41,584 nucleotides of DNA from a virus (Duplodnaviria > Caudoviricetes), in IMG/VR virus record IMGVR_UViG_3300037782_000169, positions 1 through 41,584 of that record; one strand, written 5' to 3'. Shown one piece after another: positions 35,207 to 41,584 of this stretch. Made by a program: the position numbers and the translations under genes. The notes below the pieces were generated by a model. It was not told the DNA's origin. It searched no databases and worked only from the letters and a program-made list of their open reading frames with translations. Numbering within the stretch: position 1 is the stretch's first letter; the number at the start of each line of letters is the position of its first letter.

Positions 35207-36309
35207 ACTGATCCCTCCAAAATCTCGTCCGCGATCGCGATGCGCTGCCCGATCCAGCTCATGACATTCACGGCCATGCTGTTGCCCAGCGCCTTGTATC
35301 GCGGGCCATCGGCGGCGGGCTTGCCCCGATACTCGATCGCGGTGTAGTCGTCGGGGAATCCCTGTAGGCGCTCGCACTCGCGCGGTGTGAGCCGCCGGAC
35401 CGATTGACCGATGACGATGTTTCCGGGATCACCGTTTCTTCTGGTGATAGGAGGCGCTTCACAGTAACTGATGCCTAGATTCGTCGCTCCAGCAGTGTTC
35501 GCAAAGGCGAGCACCGGCGTCTGCCCCTCGTCAACGGTCGAGTCGATCCCCTTATGCATGCGGCGTGTCATGCAGTTGGCGACTGGGAACGGCTGGGCAA
35601 CGATGTGTCCTGAGTATGCGTCCTGTCCGTTGAAGCCGCCAGGGTGAGCGCCCGGGTTAAGGCATCCGGCAGCTCTTTGCCCCGATTCGCGGCGCGGCGG
35701 AGGATGCCCCTGCATGCTTTCGCGCTCAAACAATACCGCTCCAGCTCCTCCCCATCCTCGAGCACATCCGACAACGAACACACGGCGCCGTCGTTGGGGG
35801 ACGGCGTGAGGGTGTGATTCCACTCGGACAAACTGAGCGTCCAGCGTTCGGTAGGACCACCCATACCCGAGTTGCTCCAGCGCCCCGAGGAAGGCGCCAA
35901 AGTCCCGTCCCTCGTTCGATGACAGGACACCGGGGACATTCTCCCAGACCACCCACCGGGGCCGGAGCTGGTCCACAAGTCCCAGATAGACGAGCGCCAA
36001 GTTACCACGCGGGTCATCCAGTCCCTTGCGGAGTCCGGCGACGGAGAAGGATTGACAGGGGGTGCCCCCCACGAGAAGGTCGATTGCTCCGTGCTCATCT
36101 GTTGCTTCCTTGCAGTTGATCGCGGTCATGTCGCCCAGGTTGGGCAGGTCCCAGTGGTGATCAACGACCGCGGCGGGGAACGGATCGATCTCGCTCGTCC
36201 ACGCGCAGCGCATCCCCAGCGGATTCCATGCGCAGTGCGCCGCGCCGATGCCGTCGCACACGCTCGCGTAGGTGAGTGTCGTTTTTCCGGATTCAATAGC
36301 GCCGATCAT
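35203..36309 (-). CDS. DNA (cytosine-5) methyltransferase, alpha chain
   Basis: CDGIG (motif I), GGTPCQSFS (IV), WENVPG (VI), QRRRRVF (VIII), RRLTPRECERLQGFPD, YKALGNS (X). Confidence 0.95.
   Translation of the reverse strand: MIGAIESGKTTLTYASVCDGIGAAHCAWNPLGMRCAWTSEIDPFPAAVVDHHWDLPNLGDMTAINCKEATDEHGAIDLLVGGTPCQSFSVAGLRKGLDDPRGNLALVYLGLVDQLRPRWVVWENVPGVLSSNEGRDFGAFLGALEQLGYGWSYRTLDAQFVRVESHPHAVPQRRRRVFVVGCARGWGGAGAVLFERESMQGHPPPRRESGQRAAGCLNPGAHPGGFNGQDAYSGHIVAQPFPVANCMTRRMHKGIDSTVDEGQTPVLAFANTAGATNLGISYCEAPPITRRNGDPGNIVIGQSVRRLTPRECERLQGFPDDYTAIEYRGKPAADGPRYKALGNSMAVNVMSWIGQRIAIADEILEGSV
35568..36098 (-). CDS. Alternative-frame methyltransferase beta polypeptide (M.EcoHK31I beta-like)
   Basis: Nested ORF with CSLSDVLE..ERYCLSAKACRGILRRA..RGKELP..L..AL. 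Confidence 0.7.
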   Translation of the reverse strand: MSTEQSTFSWGAPPVNPSPSPDSARDWMTRVVTWRSSIWDLWTSSGPGGWSGRMSPVSCHRTRDGTLAPSSGRWSNSGMGGPTERWTLSLSEWNHTLTPSPNDGAVCSLSDVLEDGEELERYCLSAKACRGILRRAANRGKELPDALTRALTLAASTDRTHTQDTSLPSRSQSPTA

Positions 36310-36641
36310 GGCGACCGCCAATCTGCCGGGCAAAGCTCCGGGTAACACTCATTGATCATGTCGAGAACCACTGCAGGATCTTCGTCATTGCTGAACTGAA
36401 CAATGAGCACTGAGCCGTCGGGGCATGTTTCGATGTCCTCCTTGAGCGATTCGATGTCTACAGGTGTTCTGAGTGAGTCGTACCACTCTTGATGGTGCTG
36501 GATCGAGAGATACTTTTCCGAATCAGGTGTCCCGTATCTCGTGTAGCGGTTCCAGTGATCGGTCATCCAGTTGCATCCATCGTCGCGCCATCGGAAGTAA
36601 GGTGATGTCGTAAAGATCAAGAAAAGGATTTCAATGTTCAT
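36306..36641 (-). CDS. Hypothetical protein, lower GC
   Basis: ATGA-coupled on both sides. Confidence 0.6.
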   Translation of the reverse strand: MNIEILFLIFTTSPYFRWRDDGCNWMTDHWNRYTRYGTPDSEKYLSIQHHQEWYDSLRTPVDIESLKEDIETCPDGSVLIVQFSNDEDPAVVLDMINECYPELCPADWRSP

Positions 36642-37165
36642 GCTGTCATCCCCGCACGCTTGTACAGCCGACCATGGTTGATCCACCAATCACCGAGCAT
36701 GATCGCGTCGCTTGTATCGCCGCCGCGGTCCTTCGACTCGATCTGGGGTGTGTACACCTTGCCATGCAGCAGACGCGCGTGCTGCTGGCGCTCTTCCTTG
36801 GATCGCTTGCGGATCCATCTGTTCTCCTCGATCGCGTGCACGCGGTTGTGCCCGTAGCGCGTGCACGCCCACTGATAGAACGCGCCGACCGCCATGCCGT
36901 AGAGCGCGAGGCCCGCGCCCTTACCGCCGTGACGATTGCTGGTGTGCCCGCTGGTGACTTCGATGACGATCTCGCTCGCCTCGCTGATCGGCTCGTCCGC
37001 GATCTTCGTGATCAGGCTGTCGATGCGCTGGCACGCCGTGGTCTTACGCCCAGCGAGCGAACCCCGCGGCGTGTGCCAGCCGCAGCGGAGTAGTTCGTCG
37101 TTGTCGAAGTATGCCCAGCCGGTCCTTGTGAGCGATGGGTCGAGGGCGAGGATGGGGGTGGTCAT
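36638..37165 (-). CDS. RuvC-like Holliday junction resolvase
   Basis: ILALDPSLTRTGWA, IVIE, DTSDAI acidic motifs. Confidence 0.8.
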   Translation of the reverse strand: MTTPILALDPSLTRTGWAYFDNDELLRCGWHTPRGSLAGRKTTACQRIDSLITKIADEPISEASEIVIEVTSGHTSNRHGGKGAGLALYGMAVGAFYQWACTRYGHNRVHAIEENRWIRKRSKEERQQHARLLHGKVYTPQIESKDRGGDTSDAIMLGDWWINHGRLYKRAGMTA

Positions 37166-37596
37166 GCTGTCCCCCTCTGCGGCGCGATTGATTCATCCGG
37201 GCTCAGGTAGCGAGGACCATTCATCCCGACGAAGCCGGGCATTTGGTTGTGCTTAAAGCACCAGAGAAAGAACGCATTGGATGGATCAACAACATCCGAG
37301 TCCGGTGGGAAGATTTCGTAGCCGTACCAAGCCTCGCCCGCGACTTCATTCTTGATCTGCTGAAACTCTCTCCAGTCGCGCCGTGCGCTTTGGTCAGCAT
37401 TTACAATCATGACTGAACAAGCGCTGCAGCTCCCCACATGGTGGACTGTTACAGAATAATGCTTGTTCTCATACCGGATACACCAACCGTTTTTGAATCG
37501 GTTGCTTTTGCCCTGATCAGTTCTGCGCAAGGGTTCCCATGGTCGCGGAGCCGGATCGTCGGTGTTGATTCCAGGTGTATTGTTCCAGCGGTTCAT
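37162..37596 (-). CDS. Conserved phage hypothetical protein
   Basis: DWREFQQIKNEVAGE..YEIFPP.S.VVD.N..FLW pattern; ATGA-coupled. Confidence 0.7.
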   Translation of the reverse strand: MNRWNNTPGINTDDPAPRPWEPLRRTDQGKSNRFKNGWCIRYENKHYSVTVHHVGSCSACSVMIVNADQSARRDWREFQQIKNEVAGEAWYGYEIFPPDSDVVDPSNAFFLWCFKHNQMPGFVGMNGPRYLSPDESIAPQRGTA

Positions 37597-38270
37597 GCCG
37601 CCTCGCTTTCATAGTGTCGTGTGATCATGTCGCGAGCGATGTTGAGCTTGCGCATCACTTCCTCGGAGCCGCCCTGTCTGTCGGGGTGGGCGTTCATCGC
37701 GGCGATCCGGAACAAGTCTTTGAACAGACGGATGTCCTCCAGAATCAGCAGTCCGGCTTCTTCTATGTCATCCTCGCCCACGACCTGCGCGATGTGCTGA
37801 GCGGCTGCATCGAGCGTCCTGAACTCGCCGACCACGATCGATGTGCTCGGCAGTTGCTTCCATCCGCTGTATTGCTCGCCGCGCTGCGTGACTCCGTAGC
37901 GGTCCACGCCTCGAAGATGATTCAGGGTCAGCGAGATTGCGCGAAGGTTTGCCCACAGTCTCCTGAACTTCCAGCAGGGCATCGAGATCGGGCCTTGTGT
38001 TGGATGCTCGAAGGTGAGGATCACGCGACCGCTCCGCGGGCTTGCATTCGCTCGCAGCTTTCCGTCGAGTCGGATGTCGCGATCGGCAACATCAACCTGG
38101 AACATCGCCTTCTTCACGCCAATCATCGCCAGCTCGCACGCGAGATCGCTCTGGACCTGGCCGTTCGAGATCCGGAACGGATCGTTGTGTTTCTCCGGAC
38201 CTCTGCCGCCGGTCCATTCAGCGATCGGCTTGTACTCGAACTCAACATGTGCGGGGTGGATCTTGCTCAC
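37593..38270 (-). CDS. Phage protein with a C-terminal J-domain
   Basis: AMNAHPDRQGGSEEVMRKLNIARD (HPD motif). Confidence 0.8.
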   Translation of the reverse strand: MSKIHPAHVEFEYKPIAEWTGGRGPEKHNDPFRISNGQVQSDLACELAMIGVKKAMFQVDVADRDIRLDGKLRANASPRSGRVILTFEHPTQGPISMPCWKFRRLWANLRAISLTLNHLRGVDRYGVTQRGEQYSGWKQLPSTSIVVGEFRTLDAAAQHIAQVVGEDDIEEAGLLILEDIRLFKDLFRIAAMNAHPDRQGGSEEVMRKLNIARDMITRHYESEAA

Positions 38271-38307
38271 GCTCTTGTCCTTCCTTGGTGTGATGGTTCT
38301 GTCTGAG

Positions 38308-39270
38308 TCAGTCGATCCGCGCTGCCATATCTCGGGCGAACTCCTCGTCCGCCGGCGGGTTCGTTGGTTCGGGTTCTGCCGCGACAGGCTCGCGTTTCAC
38401 GCCCGCATCACGCATTTCTTGGATGCGGTTTCTGAGCGCGTTGGCCTCCGGCTCGCCGGCGTGCTGGGGCAGCGCGTTGCGTCCGGTGCTGTTCGAGAAT
38501 TCGTAGCCGTCGCCGTCGTCGCTGATCGCGATGCCCTCGCTCGCGATCGGATCGAGCACAAGCCACTTGCTCATGTTGCGCACGGTTGTTTTCTTCGCCA
38601 TTTCCGCGAAGTTCCACTTCCAGGGGCCGTCCTTTTGCTTGGACGCGTTGCGTGCGATCTCCAGTTCCTTGCGGCTGAGCGTGACGAACTTCTTGATCCC
38701 GCTCTTGAGTGTGGCGACCGCGTACGCAGCGATGATGTGCTGCGGGTTGGTCTTGTCCGCGTTGCGGATATCCATGTCGGGCTTGTGCGTGATCCGTTGC
38801 TCGGTGCCCTCGAGCACTTCGAACTCCTCGCCCTGGTACACGACCTGCGGCGTGATATCCAGCACATCGCCGTTGCGGGTCATCAGGGAGATCAGTCCAC
38901 CGTAGCCGATCGTGAGCTTGAGCTCGGTCACGCCGCGCTTGTTGTCTTTGTAGGGGAGGAAGTGCGCGCTGTTGCGCTCGCCCGTGGGGTCGAGCCCGAG
39001 CCGTGCTGCGTTGGTGATCGCGAGGATGATTGACGGCCCCGTGCAGTTCGCGATATCCGGGTTGCGTGCCATTGCCGTGGCGAATGTGCGCCGGATCATG
39101 CTGTAGTCGATGCCCTCGGCACAGTAGCCGGCGATGTTGTCCTGCTTGGTGTCGAGCCATTTGAGCAGCGAGTGATCATTCGACTCGCTCTCCTGCTGTT
39201 TGCTCTGCTCATTCGGATCGATGACCTCGGGCTCGGGATTGATTGGCTTTGTGTTGTGCTCTGTGCTCAT
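38308..39270 (-). CDS. recT: RecT-family single-strand annealing protein
   Basis: CTGPSI..AARLGLDP..AHFLPY..IGYGGL..VVYQGEEF..PWKWNFAEMAKKT. Confidence 0.93.
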   Translation of the reverse strand: MSTEHNTKPINPEPEVIDPNEQSKQQESESNDHSLLKWLDTKQDNIAGYCAEGIDYSMIRRTFATAMARNPDIANCTGPSIILAITNAARLGLDPTGERNSAHFLPYKDNKRGVTELKLTIGYGGLISLMTRNGDVLDITPQVVYQGEEFEVLEGTEQRITHKPDMDIRNADKTNPQHIIAAYAVATLKSGIKKFVTLSRKELEIARNASKQKDGPWKWNFAEMAKKTTVRNMSKWLVLDPIASEGIAISDDGDGYEFSNSTGRNALPQHAGEPEANALRNRIQEMRDAGVKREPVAAEPEPTNPPADEEFARDMAARID

Positions 39271-40316
39271 GATGGTGCTCCGAATGTGTGGATGGGTGCT
39301 TCCTCGCGCTGCGCCCATGTGGGCAGCCCGGTCGGGTTGGTGTTGGGCATCCATGCCGGCTCCTCGGCGATGCCGAGCAAGCGGTACTTGAGATAGCGGC
39401 GCATGCCCAGCTCGATCAGGTCGCTGTAGCACTGCTCCAGGTGACTCACGGGCGCCGCGTGGATCGTCGCCAGGTGGATGTCTGATCCCTCCGCGATCGG
39501 GTCACGCTCAACAGCGATGATCGGGTAGGGCGCTGGTGGTGGGCGCCCCAGATCGTCGGGCTTCATGAGACCGAGCGCGAGGCATCCGCTTGTGTAGAGT
39601 CCGCCGCTGATCAGCCAGCCCATGTTGTGCGCTTGGCGCTCGAACTCGCGGGGCTCGATGTCCCCGGTTACTTTGAGATCCGGGATGCACTGCACGCCGG
39701 GGTTGAACAGGTCGAGACGCGCTTTGCACGGGATCATCATCGTGCGGCCCGCGATCGTCATGGGCATGTGCCAGATCAGCGTGACCTCACGCATCGCCGC
39801 TGGATCACTGACGAGCACGCTTGCGTCCGGGTGCTTCATGATCGCGTCGTGGATCCGTTCGATGCGCTCGGCCCAACCTGTGTGCAGGATGATCTTGCCC
39901 GGGTGCTTGTCCTGCGCCTTCTTGTGCGTGGACCACGCGCAGCCGTCGGCGAGCTCCTTGCCGCCCGTTCCCTTGGCGGTGATCGCACGCTCGGCGTAGT
40001 CGTCGGGCTCGAACAGCCGTGCGTGGCACGCGGTACCGAACAGCATCGCGTTGCTCGGCGGTCCCTGCTCCTGGCTGAGATACGCTTCACCGTGCAGACC
40101 GGACTTCATGAACTTCTTGCCGGTGCTCGCGTTGAACGCGTCGATCTTGTGGTATTCGTCCATCGTGTACTCGTCTGGGTACACGCCGGGCGCTGGGCAC
40201 GCGAGGGTGTTGCGTTTGACGGCGATCATCTCGGGCACACCGTGCTCGTCGAGCTCGATCGCGGCGATGAGATCGGCGATGGATTCGGGGTCGGTGATGG
40301 TGGGGGATGCGATCAT
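39267..40316 (-). CDS. RecE/exonuclease VIII-like PD-(D/E)XK nuclease
   Basis: FGTACHARLFEPD, CKARLD, DLK; upstream of recT. Confidence 0.88.
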   Translation of the reverse strand: MIASPTITDPESIADLIAAIELDEHGVPEMIAVKRNTLACPAPGVYPDEYTMDEYHKIDAFNASTGKKFMKSGLHGEAYLSQEQGPPSNAMLFGTACHARLFEPDDYAERAITAKGTGGKELADGCAWSTHKKAQDKHPGKIILHTGWAERIERIHDAIMKHPDASVLVSDPAAMREVTLIWHMPMTIAGRTMMIPCKARLDLFNPGVQCIPDLKVTGDIEPREFERQAHNMGWLISGGLYTSGCLALGLMKPDDLGRPPPAPYPIIAVERDPIAEGSDIHLATIHAAPVSHLEQCYSDLIELGMRRYLKYRLLGIAEEPAWMPNTNPTGLPTWAQREEAPIHTFGAPS

Positions 40317-40669
40317 GAGTTGCCTTTCGCTTTGGTGAGTCGGTATTCCCAGAGCCCGTCGGCGCCGGTGCGTCGGCGTTTCTCTCCGGTGAGCTCGGGG
40401 TAGTGGTCGGTGTCGTTGAGATCACGCCAGCGGGCGCTGATCGACGCCTCGCTCGCACGCTTGCCGAATCGGTCTCTGATCTCGCGGCTGATTTCTTCGA
40501 GCGTTTTGAACCGCTCGCCGGTGAGCACGACGCGCACCATGTCGAGCTGACGCACAAGCCGCTTGCCGTCCTTCTTCGCGTCGAATGTCTCGCCGTGGAA
40601 CCGGGGCTTGGCCTGCATGAGCGGATCGCCCGATGACTTGCGTGTGTCGAACAATGTCTCCTGGTTCAT
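40313..40669 (-). CDS. Winged-helix-like DNA-binding protein
   Basis: TLEEIS..ASEASISARWRDL..KRRR..GLWEYRL; AGGAG SD. Confidence 0.65.
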   Translation of the reverse strand: MNQETLFDTRKSSGDPLMQAKPRFHGETFDAKKDGKRLVRQLDMVRVVLTGERFKTLEEISREIRDRFGKRASEASISARWRDLNDTDHYPELTGEKRRRTGADGLWEYRLTKAKGNS

Positions 40670-40845
40670 CGTGCTCTCCTCTTGCAGAGCCCACTTCGCA
40701 CCTTGTCCCAGCCCTTGCGGTAGCCGCGTGCGTAGTCGCTGTCCTCGTCGTCGCGTACCCTGGGCGAGCAGCGGAGCGAGCGGGCGTCGATCGCGCCGTC
40801 GGTCATCCCGCGCAGGAAGTCCGCGTTTCTTCTGAGCATGCTCAT
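40666..40845 (-). CDS. Small hypothetical protein
   Basis: ATGA-coupled; DF.RG..DG / DYARGYRKG repeats. Confidence 0.55.
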   Translation of the reverse strand: MSMLRRNADFLRGMTDGAIDARSLRCSPRVRDDEDSDYARGYRKGWDKVRSGLCKRRAR

Positions 40846-41271
40846 GACAGGATCTCCTCTGGTCTTGGTGCCCATGACGGCCAGCGCAGACCAGTCGCTT
40901 CGTACTCCGCGATCCACTTCGTGAGCTCGTAAGTTGGTCCAGGCACGCCACGCCCGGCTTCGTAGAAGCCTGCGATGTATGGGCGCGCCCAGTCGTTCGG
41001 TTCGTGTAGCAGAGCGATCTCTGGATCAACGCGTGCTTGAACACTGAGGTGACAACGCTGGCAGAGCGCCATGAGATTCCAGCGTTCGTTGTTGCACTTG
41101 TCGCCGTCGAAGTGGTGAACAGTCAGACACTCACCGTCTGCCGGCAGCCCGTCAGGGCACGAGCATCGCACGCAGCACAGTTGTGCGTCGAGTTTCACTC
41201 GTCGGGCGATTTCCGCCCAGTCATCCGCGTATGTTCCTCGCTGCTTCGCCGGGCTCATGACAGGATCTCCT
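40840..41271. repeat. Perfect 19-bp direct repeat flanking the HNH gene
   Basis: GCTCATGACAGGATCTCCT at 40840-40858 and 41253-41271. Confidence 0.95.
40842..41258 (-). CDS. HNH endonuclease
   Basis: CVRC..LTVHHFDGDKCNNERWNLMALCQRCH. Confidence 0.9.
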   Translation of the reverse strand: MSPAKQRGTYADDWAEIARRVKLDAQLCCVRCSCPDGLPADGECLTVHHFDGDKCNNERWNLMALCQRCHLSVQARVDPEIALLHEPNDWARPYIAGFYEAGRGVPGPTYELTKWIAEYEATGLRWPSWAPRPEEILS

Positions 41272-41584
41272 GCCGTGCGATCCACGGGTGTGTGCCGATC
41301 GCGTGGTGATGGACCAGCATCTCGAGCTCGTCGTCGTGTGAGGCGGCGCAGTCGATCCGCGCTTCGATGCAGTAGTCCATGAACTGCTCGATCTGCTCGT
41401 CGCTTGAGAGCGTGAGCCGCTCGATGCGGTCGAGCTTGGTCTCCAGTCTCCGCTTGAACTCGGCGCCCGTGTTGAACGAGAGCATCGCTCTGTTGTTGCG
41501 CTCCAGCGTGTCCGCGTGGATCTTCGCGAGACGCTCACGGAGTTGGTTCGGAGCAAGGCGGACGGTGTCGGTGGTCGTGCTCAT
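41255..41584 (-). CDS. Hypothetical protein
   Basis: ORF coupled to the HNH gene; ends at the window edge. Confidence 0.65.
   Translation of the reverse strand: MSTTTDTVRLAPNQLRERLAKIHADTLERNNRAMLSFNTGAEFKRRLETKLDRIERLTLSSDEQIEQFMDYCIEARIDCAASHDDELEMLVHHHAIGTHPWIARQEILS

Larger units (their letters stand above)
1..41584. mobile_element. Temperate podovirus-like prophage, left end at a tRNA att site, right end probably outside the window
   Basis: Integrase next to a tRNA 3' fragment; terminase-portal-scaffold-capsid-adaptor-nozzle-ejection gene order with no tape measure or sheath; RecE/RecT, RuvC-like and HNH genes on the opposite strand. Confidence 0.93.

Noticed and set aside
40670-41044. 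N-terminal extension of the 243-aa ORF 40313-41044
   Set aside because: Overlaps the HNH and small genes; ATG 40669 has an SD and ATGA coupling
1-41584. Frequent GATC/CGATCG words (HIP1-like)
   Set aside because: Plausibly due to ATC/GAT/GCG codon usage; enrichment cannot be shown without a Markov-model count

Overview
The window is most of a temperate, podovirus-like tailed prophage (GC-rich, about 60-65% by eye) integrated at the 3' half of a tRNA, most likely tRNA-Pro, at positions 1-35. The host is probably a planctomycete, inferred from the ECF sigma/Ser-Thr kinase pair and the CsrA-like gene. From left to right: a tyrosine integrase; an accessory island (secreted Cys-rich peptide, ECF-type sigma factor, membrane Ser/Thr kinase); a long plus-strand late region (membrane, lipoprotein and PAS genes, beta-helix and SGNH proteins, TerS/TerL, a CsrA-like protein, portal, scaffold, major capsid, decoration protein, adaptor, a KpsS/KpsC-like glycosyltransferase, tail nozzle, two ejection proteins and a ~2550-aa polyvalent protein); then a minus-strand early operon (C5 methyltransferase, RuvC-like, J-domain, RecT, RecE-like, HNH) that runs off the right edge. 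No repressor, replication gene, endolysin or second att copy is visible. Two candidate new systems stand out. (1) A phage-encoded CsrA/RsmA-like protein occurs with four AGGAC-loop hairpins in late-gene leaders. Three of them can refold into stems that bury the SD or start codon, suggesting a protein-operated translational switch. (2) The polyvalent virion protein is built from effector cassettes bounded by a repeated junction motif, and it contains small +1-frame nested genes with their own promoter-like elements. All functional calls come from motif recognition by eye; no searches were run.
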